A stretch of DNA of 64,000 nt from Heptranchias perlo (GCF_035084215.1 NC_090326.1:35650001-35714000); one strand, 5' to 3'; positions 12,051 to 25,789 are shown, counted from the stretch's first letter. Numbers and translations: made by a program. Notes: generated by a model not told the origin, from the letters alone.

Positions 12051-12773
12051 TGTTGACCGGAGGTCACCGGTTACGGTTATTGGCTTAGTACAAAGAGAAG
12101 AGTCAATTCTCTCTTAATTCTCAATTCGCTTTATTAACGTTATTAGATCATGTACATACTGCTTATACGTCTGGTTAGATATAGGCATGCAGTTTACAGC
12201 AGGTTATACAGTTTTATACTCAAACTAGGATTTAAACGCACACCCACTAGGTTTCTCTGACTAACACTCCCTGAGTGGTCACAGAATAGAAAGGGTATTA
12301 TATTACCTGGAAAGGAGAGCTGACGCTGGCCAGGCGTTCCGTTCTCTCTCTCTTGACGTCGGCTCTACGTCCCTGACGTAGGGTCTCCCACTTTCGCGAT
12401 GGTTAGTCTCCGGAGTTTCGCACACAATGCCACCAAGCCTGCAATTTTCCAGTTTTAACTCCAAGCCTGTCTTTTCGAATGATGCTGTCTTTCTCCTGTT
12501 GGCTTAAAGTTCCTCGAGTGGTCGGTGTCATCCCCTGATGGGCTCTGTTCCAAGGGGTTAGGTAGCATCACCTCATTACTCCTTTTCTAAATAAGGACTG
12601 GTGTCTCATCACATCTCCTTTGTCCCTTAGAAGCGTAACTAATTCAAACTGGTTCCGGCCAGCTCAGACCAGTGACTGAACTCCAGGTCACTTCAGTTTA
12701 AAAGTTAGTCTCTTTGCCTGAATGTTAGCAATTCAAAATAAATTCAGTAGTTTTCTGCAGCCCCTGGCCAACA
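12051..12773 (-). mobile_element. Solo LTR (723 bp)
   Basis: TG...CA ends with short inverted termini TGTTGACC and GGCCAACA. 4-bp TSD ATAC at 12047-12050 and 12774-12777. Minus-strand TATAAAA (12212-12218) and AATAAA (12130-12135). Confidence 0.85.
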
Positions 12774-12794
12774 ATACAAAGCAGCTTCAGCTAC

Positions 12795-13015
12795 TGCAGC
12801 CCCCCGCTCTGAAATTATTTCCCTAAATCCCTCTGCCTCTTCACCTCCTGCTCTCCCTTTAAGACCCTCCTTCTACCTTTTTGACTAAGCTTTTGATTAC
12901 AAGTAGTCATATCTCCTTCTTTGGCATGGCATCCATTTTTTTTTCATACAGCTCTGTGAAGTGCCTCAGGGCATTTTCCTACATTAAAGGTACTATATAA
13001 ATGTAAGTTGTTGAT
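12795..13015 (+). mobile_element. L2 LINE 3' end fragment
   Basis: Ends ...CTACATTAAAGGTACTATATAAATGTAAGTTGTTG, the L2-type tail seen elsewhere in the window. Confidence 0.7.
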
Positions 13016-13472
13016 GATAAAGCAGTACGCCTGGGGTGAACAATAAAACCCTATCTTTCAAGCTCAACAAACTCACTGGATGTAGTACTAAATGCCTCAT
13101 ACTCTCCTGATCTCAGAGTGAATTTCTAGTCACTCACTGTAGCGTTTCACTTGTATTTTGGACCAATCTTTATATGTGAACTTGACTACTCAAGGAATCC
13201 TTTGTTCTGCCTGAAAAAAATGACGTGAACTAACTAAAAATAGGTAGTTCTGAAACTTATGTTCAAGATCCCTCTTTGATCTAGAAGCTGTTTGTTTTAG
13301 GTAATTCTGATCTGAAAGTCCTGATGAAATTAACAAGGTGAATACAGGGTAACAAGCTAGTATTTTGCCAGATTCAAAAATCAGTCACTATGTATAAATA
13401 GCAGGAAGTGTTACAGTGAGATATCAACACAAAAAACATTACAATTAAAATATTAACCCATCAAGGAAACTT

Positions 13473-14037
13473 TGGCCAGGATTTTAATTGTCAGCGGGTT
13501 TCTGGTGGGAAGCTGTGCTGGTGAGTGAATTTTCCGCCTGCCTGTGGCAGAATGAGGCCTGGCCAATTTTAATAGCCAGGGCTCATTTAAATCCCGCTGG
13601 CTGGAACAGGCGAGAAGTTGGCGGGAAACAGTATAAAATTGCATGGCCCGGATGCAGCCCGCTGACGCATTTTAGGTGGCAGGAACAGATTCTAGGGTCG
13701 TCTTGTGGGGAGGTGGGACTCACGCTTAGGAAAGAGGGAGGGTGTCCGGGGAAGAGCAGGCCTACACATTCCCTGTGGGCCCCAGAGGAGCACTCCTACT
13801 CCATCTCACCCCATAAAGGAAAGAAATACACTTGTCTTTTTCGGCCTCTTATGGGGCTCATCCTCTTCTGTTCTGGCGGAAAGTCACAACAGCTTTTCCA
13901 TTCAGACCTGAGCTAAAATTGTAGTCAGGTCCTAATGATGTCAATCGGACTTGACATGCATATTGTAAAGAAGGACCCAGCCAACTTTGGGTGGGCGTCC
14001 TTGTCGCCTGCTCAGGAGAGCAGGTTAAAATTGCGGA
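13473..14037. mobile_element. Degraded non-autonomous Harbinger-like element
   Basis: Ends GGCCAGGATTTTAA and TTAAAATTGCGG. Internal GAGCACTCCTACTCC resembles AAGCACTCCTCCTG in the 41613-42395 element. Confidence 0.45.
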
Positions 14038-14499
14038 TGGTGGCTTCATCCCTTTGTTTCATTGTAGAATTGTGCAGTTACTTCAACTTTTGAGTCGAAT
14101 ATGCTGGCTTTTTTAATGATTGTGCAGCTTCCATTTCGAGGAAGGTATTGTTAAAAGGAACTTACTTTAAACAAACAACCATAGTAAATGAAAACATAAA
14201 TAAACCATGGATCAAATATTCCGTTTTTGTCACAGTTCTATTCAGCATTATTTTAGCATTTAGACCACTCTGTTCATTCCTTCAGTTTGTGTCATGGCAA
14301 TCTCATTTACAATTCAAATAAATGCGTTTACTTTGCTATATCTCCCATTAATTGTGACACTTGCTTTTGCAGAGCACCATGAAGGAGGACAGTGAGTAAT
14401 GGCAGCTTGCAGTAGTTTGCAAATGATTGCTTTGAAGCAAACTAAGACATATAGCATTGTTGCCCATGCAAACCTCAAAATATTATTTTGGCCATGGGA

Positions 14500-14665
14500 T
14501 ATTAGTATAGGTCAGATACAGAGTAAAGCTTCTGCCCATCAAGCATTCCTAGGCGAGATATAGCATTAGTCAGATACAGAGTAAAGCTCCTTCTACATTG
14601 CCAATGGGCAGTCCCAGGTGAGGTACAGAATGAGTTAGACACAGAATAAAACTCCCTCTCCTTCC
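14500..14665. repeat. Degenerate ~60-bp tandem repeat (3 copies)
   Basis: TCAGATACAGAGTAAAGCT at about 14512 and 14570, and TTAGACACAGAATAAAACT at about 14635. Confidence 0.65.
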
Positions 14666-14868
14666 ATCTGGTGCCTTAACCCTGTCCTGCACCAGTGTGA
14701 AATTTTCATTTCCCATGTCAGTCATTCTTATAGCTTTACTGAGTGAGATTTTCAATTTAGTGCCAGCAAATGTTGAATTATGGGCAGTTTTATGGCTGTG
14801 GGCCTATTCCCACTAAGAAGGGGTTAAGACTGTATGCACTAATTGAATTTTGAACCTGACAACCAGCA

Positions 14869-14950
14869 CAGAGAGACAGAGAGAGAGACATAGAGAAATA
14901 GGGACATATAGAGATGGATAGATAGAGAGAAAGAGAGAGAGAGAGAGAAA
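14869..14950. repeat. Imperfect (AG)n microsatellite
   Basis: AGAG-rich run. Confidence 0.8.
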
Positions 14951-15419
14951 GGATATTTTTATCTCACTAGCCTGTGCAGGATTTGAAGCCTGAGATAAAG
15001 GGCAGTATCCAACTGCTGCACCCCACTTGGTGGTTTACTTTATTCTATTTTGAGTCATATTTTCACATTAAATGATATGTATTGAAAGATACTTGTCCTT
15101 CAGATTTTTTCTAATGTGACAGTTGATTATTCAAAAACTATTAACCCTTTTCATCTTTGGTTTTATTGTGATCCAGCGTTGATGATAAACGCATCTGGAG
15201 GTTCCATAATCAGTTATGTCATAAAGCCTAGTATCCAAGAATCATTATTGGCAGGTGCTAGGGAGTTGGCAAACATGTTACAAAACTAGCAGGAGCAGCA
15301 AAAATCACCATGTGGGAGTTTGGTAGATTTGATTGAAAGTAAAACACAGCACAGCTCTGGCTGGTAGTGATTGATGTCCAAGCTGGAGTGGCAGATTTGA
15401 TTTGCTGGGCAAAAGTGCA

Positions 15420-15422
<3 letters not shown>

Positions 15423-15451
<29 letters not shown>
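15423..15451. repeat. (AC)n microsatellite
   Basis: Perfect AC run. Confidence 0.95.
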
Positions 15452-15455
<4 letters not shown>

Positions 15456-15714
15456 ATACTGCAATTCAATGTTCTGTCTTCAATATGAAATGAGCTAACA
15501 CGGCAAATGCCTTCTTTAGTGCTGGAATATGAACTAATTTAAAACAAATTTTTCTAAGCTATTTAATGTTGTTTCCCCTCTTTTTTCTGATGGCTTGCAT
15601 TGATCTAGTCCCGAAGAGCAGCAATTAGCATTAAATAGAAAAATGAAAACCAAACTGAACCAGTACAGGTTCACAAAAAACATGTTTTAGGTTAGTTCAT
15701 ATTCTAGTACTAAA

Positions 15715-17076
15715 AACAACAACTTGCATTTATATAGTGCCTCTAACATAGTAAAACCTCTCAAGGCGCTTCACAGGAGCATCATCAGACAAAATTTCAC
15801 TCCGAGCCACATAAGGAGGTATTAGGACAGATGACTAACAGCTTGATCAAAGAGACAGGTTTTAAGGAGCGTCTTAAAGGAGGAGAGAGAGGAAGAGAGA
15901 CGGAGAGGTTTAGCGAGGGAATTCCAGAACTTAGAGCCTAGGCAGCTGAAGGCAGGGCCACCAGCGGTGGAGCGATTAAAATCGGGGATGCGCAAGAGGT
16001 AAGAATTGGAGGAGCACAGAAATCTCGGAGGGTTGTAGGGCTAGAGGAGGTTACAGAGATAGGGAGAGGTGAGACCATGAAGGGATTTGAAAACAAGAAT
16101 GAGAATTTTAAAATGGAGGCATTCCCAGACCGGGAGCCAATGTATGTCAGCGAGCACAGGGATGATGGGAGAACGGGACTTGGTGCGAGTTAGGATATGG
16201 GCAGCAGTATTTTGGATGAGCTCAAGTTTATGGAGGGTGGAAGATGGGAGGCCAGCCAGGAGACCATTGGAAATAGTCCAGTCTGGAGGTAACAAAGGCA
16301 TGGATGAGGGTTTCAGCAGCAGATGAGCTGAGGCGGGGGCGGAGACGGGCGATGTTACAGAGGTGGAAGTAGGCGGTCTTGGTGATGGAGCGGTTATGTG
16401 GTCGGAAGCTCATCTCAGGGTCATATAGGACGCCAAGGTTGCGAACGGTGCGTTTAAGCCTCAGACAATGGCCAGGGAGAGGGATGGTGTTGGTGGCTAG
16501 GGAATGGAGTTTGCAGCAGGGATCAAAGACAATGGCTTCGGTCTTCCCAATATTTTGTTGGAGGAAATTTTTACTTATCAAGTACTGACTGTCGGACAAG
16601 CAATGTGACAAATGAGAGACAGTGGAGGGGTCAAGGAAGGTGGTTGTGAGGTAGAGCTGGGTTCGTCATTGTACATGTGGAATCTGACGTCGTGTTTTCA
16701 GATGATGTTGCCAAGGGGCAGCATGGAGATGAGAAATAGGAAGGGACAAGGGTAGATCCTTGGAAAGTCCAGAAAGTCCAGAAGCCATTGCAGGTGATTC
16801 GCTGACTCCGACTGGATAGATAAGAATGGAACCAGGCGAGCGCTGTCCCACCCAGCTGGACAATGGAGGAGAGGTTTTGGAGGAGGATGGTGTGGTCAAT
16901 CGTGTCAAAGGCTGCAGACAGGTCGAGAAGGATGAGGAGGGATAGTTCACCATCATCACAGTCACATAGGATGTCATTTGTGACTTTGATAAGGGCCGTT
17001 TCAGTACTGTGGCAGGGGCGGAAACCTGATTGGAGGGATTCAAACATGGAGTTGCGGGAAAGATGGGCACAGATTT
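15715..17076 (-). mobile_element. L2 LINE, 5'-truncated
   Basis: QSGFRPCHSTETAL, LLDLSAAFDTIDH, LIHAFVTSRLDY and HWLPV motifs; (CAA)n-CTTGCATTTATATAG tail. Confidence 0.92.
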
Positions 17077-17344
17077 ATAATGTTACACCTCAGTTCGTAT
17101 TGAGGACAGAACATTTGAATAGCTGCATTTCTGGCAGACTAGCAAAATTATTCTTTACTTAGATAACAGTGATTCAGGTCAGTATCGAATATAAATAATC
17201 AATATTGGAATTTTAACCACTGATCTCTCTCCAAATAATTGGTGATCGTGTTCCCAGATTATGATCAGACGTTCCACATCGACTACAAAATTATTTCTTT
17301 AAGTCTGCAAAAATTTGAGATTGTTTGGTTTATGTATTTCCCTC

Positions 17345-18005
17345 TATACATACACAGGTAGAACATTCTGTACATGTACATAGCTACAACATTCTGCATA
17401 CATACACAGCTAAACACTGCATACATTCGTATGTAGAACATTGCACATACACAGGTTCAATACTATGCACAAAAGTAGAATACTGTATGCACACAGGCAC
17501 GATGTTCTGTATACATACACAAGTAAGATATACAGTACATATATATGCATAGAACACTCTGTATTGATGTACAATGTTCTTCCTGTATATGTATACAGAA
17601 TGCTTACCCTTGTATGTCCATAGTATGCTGTCTATGCAGTTTACTACCTGTATATGTATACAGAACATTGTGCGCTTGATGTACAGAAGTCTTTATACAT
17701 ATGCATATACACAACACTGTACACATAGACAAGTGCAACACTGTGTACAGGTACAATAGTTTGTATACATACGCAGACTAAACACACTGTGCACATACAG
17801 AGGTAGAACACTATATATACTTATACAGGGACCATAATCCGTATATGTATACAGGTAGAACATACTGAAGACATATAAGCGTACAACGTTCTATATACAT
17901 ACACAGGTAGAACACAGTACATATGTGAATTTAGAACACTGTATACATACACAGGTAGAACATTCTATATACACATAGAACACAGCCTACTTATACAGGT
18001 AGAAA
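17345..18005. repeat. Degenerate ~24-26-bp minisatellite (TATACATACACAGGTAGAACACTG-like)
   Basis: Recurrent CATACACAGGTAGAACA core with many substitutions. Confidence 0.8.
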
Positions 18006-19184
18006 ACGTAAAGCATGGAAAGTATTAAAATGTTAAGATTCAAATATCTGCTCCAAGCCCCCCTCAGCTGATAAAACGTCATCTTTACTTTAGTACTGTG
18101 TAAAGGCTGCATGGCGTCTACATGGTGCATTTCCAACATTTCAAGCTAGAATTGCCCATTCCCATTTTCATTGTTTTTTTTACAAAAAACAACTTTTATT
18201 GTATTTGATTCCTGCTGAAAGCACATTCACGAGTCAGATACATTCCAGATTTGTCTGCAGATTCATGCTGCCATCGTGATAAAACTTCTATATTTGGGAC
18301 ATTTGGTCCCTCCTACCTAATGGGGCAATTGCTGACTCAATAATGAGGAGGAGCTTTGTGGTATGTAATGAATACCTTTTCACTATCTTTCAGCATTTAG
18401 CTGCCTCTGATCAGCATCGCAAGTCCACAATTAGCACTATTTTATCGTACAGAGCAAAACAAACCCGCTCATTATATTGTCATTTCCACAGGAGCTATTG
18501 TACACAATACTGTAACAGATTCCAAGCATCATGGTGAGAAGTCCTTTGAGCTGCACTGCCTAAGACTAAAATAGAAGAAATCAATACTGCAGCTCAAAGG
18601 TTTGTATTTAGATTAGAAAAACCTTATCTCTTTGTTACAGCGGGACCATCGTTAAGAAAAAAAAGTGAACCCATGCTTTCCCAGCCAGCTGGCAAGTCAG
18701 TGTTTATCTCAGACTGACTTCATTTCCCTGATCATGGTATTTCATTTAATACCTGACCGCAGATTACCAAGTCCCACTTTCCTTTTGTGTTGATTTTCAT
18801 GACGAAACTAGGATAAAAGCTGATTGGACATTCACTATCCGAGTTTATTTCTCTTTTAAATTTTTAATTATCATATCCCTCTAATCATCAAAACATCATA
18901 TTAGATCCAATCTATATGTCACTGGATGATAAATAAAGTTTCCTCTCATTTCTCCAGACCCAAGTGTGTTGGAAAATTAACAGTCCAGTACACTGCAAAC
19001 AGTAAATGTGTGAACCTTAGCAATCATCGGCATTTGAATGAGGGGAGAAGGAAACATTACACTAATATCTAAATCAGTCCTTAGTTTTACAGAGCTGTCA
19101 AACATTACTTAAAACATTATAAATGCAGTTTAGGTTTTTATCTTATCTTCTCTTATTGAAGGATAAAAATATGTAAATCAAGTC

Positions 19185-19503
19185 CTCTGTCTTTCAGATG
19201 AGATGTTAAATCAAGGCCCTGTCTGCCTGTTCAGGTGGATGTAAAAGATCTCATGGCACTATTTGATGAAGTGCTAAGAGCAGGGAATTCTGCCGGCGTC
19301 CTGGCCAACATTCAACCCTCAACAAGCACCACCAAAAACAGATTAATTGGTCATTCATCTCATTTGCTGTTTGTTGGAACTTGCTGTGCACAAATTGGCC
19401 ACTGCATTTACCTACATAAAACAGTGACTTCACTTCAAAAGTAATTCATTGACTTAAAGCACTTTGGGACAACCTGAGGATGTGAAAGGTGCCAGTTCTT
19501 TCA
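19185..19503 (+). mobile_element. DeuSINE (SacSINE1/AmnSINE1-like)
   Basis: GATGAGATGTTAAATCAAGGCCCTGTCTGCC...AGGTGGATGTAAAAGATCTCATGGCACTATTT Deu-domain pattern plus tail. Confidence 0.85.
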
Positions 19504-19776
19504 TTATGTTTACAATACACCCTATCTATAAGGCTGATTTTGGAAACCATACCTAAAACCTAGTAGTGTTTTATTCTAGTTTCCACGTAAAGGTATATCG
19601 GGAGTCATAGTATATCAGAGAGTTTTATAAAGGTGGGTTTGTTTCATTCCTCCTTCCCCCTCAGATTTTCTCTATTCTTTGCTTTAGGATGTTTACTCTG
19701 CTGGGGTGCAGTTCCACAGCTGCCGGCCTCCTCAGATACTAAGTGTCCATTCTTCATGTGTGAGCCCAGTCGCGAA

Positions 19777-20018
19777 GGGGGTAATTTAAACCCCCAAGAA
19801 CGAGTGGGTTGGGAGCAGATGGGAGTTGAAAATAATTGTTTTTTTGGGTCGCAACTGCAAAATTTTCAGACTTTGCATTCCCAGTGGGAAGCCTGTACTT
19901 TTATGCGCCCATGTTAAGCCCAGAAGTGGAGCCGGGTTGCAGTCGCGACCCAAAAAACAACTATTTTCAACTCCTACCTGCCCCCAACCCATCCATTCTT
20001 GAGGTTAAAATTACCCCC
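19777..20018. mobile_element. MITE with ~85-bp imperfect TIRs (Harbinger-like)
   Basis: GGGGGTAATTTAAACC...GGGTCGCAACTGCAA is mirrored by TTGCAGTCGCGACCC...GGTTAAAATTACCCCC. Flanks are GAA and TAA. Confidence 0.85.
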
Positions 20019-20290
20019 TAAGTGTTGGCCAGATCCTCAACCATTCAAAGCATCATGCTTAAACCCAATCCTTCCTTCAATCAACATCCACATACATGTA
20101 CTTCCCAGGATGAATTACTGCATGGTGATCGGTAGTGGGAATTCATACTAATTTTTCCCTTCCAACCAGGGGCACTGAAGACAATTTGTTGCGTCTCTAC
20201 TGTTGCCTCAACTGAAATTGGCCAATTCAGCGTAGATCAGGGATTGAACCTGGGTCCTGCTGTTTGTGCAGCTCAGTTCTACATTTACTA
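20019..20290 (-). mobile_element. Old tRNA-like SINE (unclassified), interrupted by the MITE; related copies at about 32100-32400, 42500-42800 and 42810-43080
   Basis: Minus-strand B-box-like GGTTCAATCCC; related GAGATCAGCTAACT-type motif between copies. Confidence 0.45.
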
Positions 20291-20351
20291 ACCCCTCCTG
20301 CAAGGTCAGTTTACTTTAGAGCCCCAAAATTGCAAGGCCCAATGGTTGCTG

Positions 20352-21008
20352 ACAACAACGTGCATTAATATAGTGCCTAAAACGCAGAAAAAACATCCCA
20401 AAGTGTTTCCCAAAGGCGTAATCAAAAATAATGAATGCCGAACCAAAGAAGGAGATATTAGGAGGGTTGAGCAAAAGCTTGGTCAAAGAGGTGTGTTTTA
20501 AGCCAGGTCTTAAAAGGAGGAGAGGGAGGTAGAGGAGTTTAGAGAGGGAATTTCAGAGCATGTGTCGAGGATGAGAGGCTAGTCAAGAGAGCATTGGAAC
20601 AGTCAAGTCTGGAGGTGATAAAGGCATGGATCAAGGTTTCAGTACCAGATTGGCTAAGGTAGAGGCAGAGGTGGGCAATGTTATGGAAGTGGAATTAGGC
20701 AGTCTTTGTGATTGAGAAGATATGGGGTCAGAAGCTCAGCGCGGAGTCAAGTAGGATACCTAAGTTGCGAACAGTCTGGTTTAGTCTGAGACAGTGGCTA
20801 GTGAGGGGGTTGGAATTTGTGGTGAGGATACAAAGGTTTCTGGCATGGGCTGAAGATAATGGCTTTAGTCTTCCAAAGTTTAGCTGGAGAAAATGTGGCT
20901 CATCCAAGACTTGATATTGAACAAGCAGTCTGACCGTACAGGCTGGAGGGATCGGGAGATGTGGTATAAAGGTAAAGCTGGGTGTTATCAGCCTACATGT
21001 GGAAGACT
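20352..21008 (-). mobile_element. L2 LINE fragment
   Basis: L2 tail at 20352; RLNQTVRNLGILLDSALSF. Confidence 0.8.
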
Positions 21009-22779
21009 TCCATCCAATCAATTTGGACTGGATTTGAACCTAGGTCCTAGAGTACCCAGCAGCTACTACACTTCACCATTGAGTTGCCCCCATTGTAATT
21101 TTTAAAGAAGAAATTTATGTTTTGTACTTAAACTAAAAGCTGGGGGAAATGTTTCGAGAATCATGCAGTGACAGAGCTTCAGCATCTCAAATCGTGATCT
21201 TTTCTAGCCCTCTTCTTATGTTCTTAATGTAAAAACAAAATTCTGGACATGACACTACGGGGAGATTTTTTTTTCATATCACACCACAGGGAGATAAATA
21301 GCTCCTGCAGCTGTTGTACAACACAACTGGTAAAATAGTCCTGGAGAAGAATAAAACAAGTAAACCCGCAAATGACAGTTAATAGTGAGGTTCAATTTGA
21401 TGTAGTCTCATTTTTGAACAGAGTCAATATGTTGTATTTGACTGGAAATTTGAACTTTAGTTTGAGGTGAAGGGAGCAAGTTCAAGGGTACATTTTCTGA
21501 TTGGATGCTCCTGGAGGAGATTCTTGTCTGCTGGGAGCGCATATCAGAAAAGTATGGACTGCAATCGGAAAACGTACCCTTTAGAGTTAGCACTGATCCA
21601 GTTTTTGAGTGAACAGAATTTCTAAAATATATAAAAAGGACTCCAAAGATCCTAATTATAAAAAAAAAGTCCCTGTTTTCCACTTACTTTCTTGGCTCAC
21701 TAGAGGTAATATCAGAAGCGTCCACTGCCAAGGTGGAGCTATGCTCAACGTGGACACAGGTTGGAAATAGTTTACGATACTGTAGCATCAATTCTCCAAT
21801 CTGCAATCGCTAAGAGTGAAGCTCCATGCCAGCAGGAAGTCCCATGAAATTACTCCTGTGATGTTGAAGCATTCGTTCTTGACGTTTGCTCCGTAGTGCC
21901 ATGTGAATGTTCAATGAACTTTGATGTTCAATCTTGTGCCCCGATTCCTAAGGTTTGCATTCTTGCATTTCTTCTGTCATCAGGGGAAGGGATATGCATG
22001 GTGGGTGGAAGGAGATTGTATAAACAAGGTGCCCAATGGAGTTTTATCTTTTTAAAGTGGCATCCCTCCCTGTTAGGATCATCACTTTTATACAGTACCT
22101 TTCCAAGAAATATTGCAAACATATATCTTTAAATGATACTTTGCAATAAAAAATAAACTTTATATGTAGTGAACTCTGATGGGTCACAACCAGAAAAGCT
22201 TGCTTGGGATTTTTTTTCCCTTTTCTTTTAAATATCCAGCAGTGAGCTATTCATTTTGGAAAGAAATGAGCTCAGCATTTGTGCTGTGTATTGTGAGGCT
22301 GTAACCTGCCTCATGCTCGACTGGAATTCTAATGTGTTTAACACACAAATGTATTAAAAATGACTGATGATGGTCTAATTACGATTTATTTGGCTGTACA
22401 AAATGGTGTTTTTTTCCCACCAAATCAAATAATCAAAATAATGCCTGGAGGTGAGGAGCTGTTCCTTGTATGAAGAACGATTCAGCCCATGCTAGACTTG
22501 CCACTTTCTAACAAGCCCAAAATTGGACAAGAGGTGGGATGGAGTGAAAGGGACTAGGCCAGAGGCATGATAGAGGAAAATAACTTTTTAAAAACTTTAT
22601 TAAAACAAATCATTTCAACTATTGAGAGACTTCAATACAGAATTGGTATAGAGGGTTCATTTATTTCAGTGTCTATCCATATGCAGGATTTCCTGGCTCT
22701 TGTGTCGTAGATGCTGTAGATTTATGGGTACATTTCCTGAGTTAGCAATCCTGGCACAGAACCTTGTACAATGGGAGCA

Positions 22780-25481
22780 CATCATTTGGCTCAAAAAAGG
22801 GCAGGATTGGGTGTTAAATATTCCTGCATACAAGGTGTTCAGGAAAGATAGCGAATTGAAAAAAGGAGAGGGTGGCAGTATTGATTAAGAAGAATATTGC
22901 AAAGCTGGAGAAAGAGGATGTCCTTGAGGGGTCAAAGACAGAATCTATTTGGTTAGAGTTAAGAAACAATAGAGGCGCCATTACACTACTGGATGTATTC
23001 TATAGGCCACCAACTAGTGGGAAGGATGCAAATTTGCAGGGAAGTTACAGAGAGGTGCAAGAGCTATAGAGTAGTGATAATGGGGGACTTCAACTATCCT
23101 AGTATAGACTGGGATATTAATAGTGTAAAGGGCAAAGAGGGTGAGGAATTTCTGAAATGTGTTCAGGAGAACATTCTTGAACACCATTTCCAGCCCAACA
23201 AGAAAGAAGGCATTGCTGGATCTAGTTCTGGGGAATGAAGTGGGTCAAGTGTCAGTGGGGAAACAATTAGGGAACAGTGATCATAGTATCATAAGGTTTA
23301 GATTACTTATGAAAAATGACAAGGAGTAATACTTAATTGGAGGAGGGCCGATTTCAGTGGGTTGAGAACAGAACTGGCCCGGGATAAATTGGAGTCAAAG
23401 ATTGGCAGGCAAAATTGTAATCGAACAATGGGTGGCCTTTAAAGAGGAGATGGTTTGGGTACAGTCCAGGTACATTTCCACGGGGGGGATAAGTAGGGCA
23501 ACCAAAGCCAGAGCTCCCTGGATGATGAAAGAGATAGAGAGTAAGATGAAGCAGAAAAAGGTGGCATATGACAGATGTCAAGTTGATAATACAAGTGAGA
23601 ACCAGGCTAAATATAGAAAGTAGAGTGGTGAAGTGAAGAAGGAAATAAGAGGGGCAAAGAGAGAGTATGAGGATAGTCTGGCGGCTAATATAAAAGGGAA
23701 TCCAAAAGTCTTCTATAGACATATAAAAAGTAAACGGGTAGTAAGAGGAGGGGTGGGGCCAATTAGGGACCAAAAAGGAGATCTACACATGGAAGCTGAG
23801 GGCATGGCTGAGGTATTTGCATCCGTCTTTACCAAGGAAGAAGATGCTGCCAAAGTCACAGTAAAAGAGAGGTAGTTGAGATACTGGATGGGCTAAAAAT
23901 TGATAAAGAGGAGGTACCAGAAAGGCTGGCTGTACTTAAAGTAGATAAGTCACCCAGCCTGGATGGGATGCATCCAAGGTTGCTGAGGGAAATAAAGGTG
24001 GAAATTGCAGAGGTGCGGGCCATAATCTTCCAATCCTCCTTAGATATGGGGGTGGTGCCAAAGGACCGGAGATTTGCAAATGTTACACCCTTGTTCAAAA
24101 AAGGGTGTAAGGATAAATCTGGCAACTACAGGCCAGTCAGTTTATCCTCTGTGTTGGGGAAGTTTTTAGAAACGATAATCCGGGACAAAATTAATAGTCA
24201 CTTGGACAAGTGTGGATTAATAAAGGAAGGACAGCACGGATTTGTTAAAGGCAAATTGTGTTTAACTAACTTGATTGAGTTTTTTGATGAGGTAACAGAG
24301 AGAGTTGATGAGGGTGATGCGGTTGATGTTGTGTATATGGACTTTCAAAAAGCGTTTGATAAACTACCACACAATAGGCTTGTCAGCAAAATTGAAGCCC
24401 ATGGAATAAAAGTGGCAATGGCAGCATGGATACGAAATTGGCTAAGTGACAAAAAACAGAGAGTAGTGATGAACGGTTGTTTTTCGGACTAGAGGAAGGC
24501 ATACAGTGGTATTCCAGAGGGGTCGGTACTAGGACTACTGCTTTTTCTGATATATATTAATGACTTGGACTTGGGTGTACAGGGCACAATTCCAAAATTG
24601 GCAGATGACACAAAACTTGGAAGGGTAGTAAAGAGTGAGGAGGATAGTGATAGACTTCAAGAGGACATAGAGAGGCTGGTGGAATGGGCAGACACATGGC
24701 AGATGAAATTTAACGCAGAGAGGTGCAAAGTGATACATTTTGGCAGGAAGAATGAGGAGAGGCAATATAAACTAAACGGTACAATTCTAAAGAGGGTGCA
24801 GGGATAGAGAGACCTGGGGGTATATGTGCACAAATCTTTGAAGGTGGCAGGAGAGGTTGAGAAAGCGGTTAAAAAAGCATGGGCTTTATAAATAGAGGCA
24901 TAGAGTACAAAAGCAAGGAAGTTGTGCTGAACCTTTATAAAACAGTGGTTCGGCCACAACTGGAGTATTTTGTGCAATTCTGGGCACTGCACTTTAGGAA
25001 GGATGTGAAGGCCTTTTAGAGAGTGCAGAATGGTTCCAGGGATGAGGGACTTCAGTTACGTGGATAGACTGAAGAAGCTGGGGTTGTTCTCCTTAGAGCA
25101 GAGAAGGTTAAGAGGAGATTTGATGGAAGTGTTCATGAAGGGTTTAGATAAAGTAAATAAAGAGAAACTGTTCCCATTGGTGGAAGGGTCGAGAACCAGA
25201 GGACATAGATTTAAAGTGATTGGCAAAAGAACCAAAGGCGACATGAGGAAAAATGTTTTTACACAGTGGGTAGTTATGATCTGGAATGCGCTGCCTGAAG
25301 GGGTGGTGGAAGCAGATTCAATCATGGCTTTCAAAAAGGAATTGGATAAATACTTGAAGGGAAAAAATTGGAGGACTAAGGGGAAAGAGCGGGGGAATGG
25401 GACTAACTGGATTGCTCTTACAAAGAGCCAGCATTGGCTCGATGTGCTGAATGGCCTCCTTCTGTGCTTCTATGATTCTAA
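22780..25481 (+). mobile_element. CR1 LINE, 5'-truncated, decayed ORF2
   Basis: GDFNYPSIDW, NYRPVSLSS, YMDFQKAFD, LADDTKLG and LFSLEQRRLRGDL; tail TATGATTCTA. Confidence 0.93.
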
Positions 25482-25789
25482 GTCAGTATGCCCAATTCAC
25501 TGCCCACATGATTGTTATTAATTTTAATAGACAAAATATCATCTGTGTAGACCTCCGCACTGAAATTCCAGAGTCACTCCTATTGTGCAAATCTCTGTGC
25601 CCCACGTGCTAACTCAAAAATGTACCCCTTAGTGCATCCGGGTCCTTATTATTACTCAGTGCATTATATTAACTTTTGTACCTTATTTTTGTATTCGTTC
25701 TTATACACACAAACATATGTATTAAATTGCCCGTGCCATTGGCCACATTCAGTTGATGAATATGTAAGTATTTTTTGTATACAAGATAG

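Noticed and set aside
21408-21900. Possible antisense exon or ORF (minus-strand GTAAGT donor near 21685)
   Set aside because: No recognisable protein similarity and no convincing acceptor; unsupported from sequence alone.
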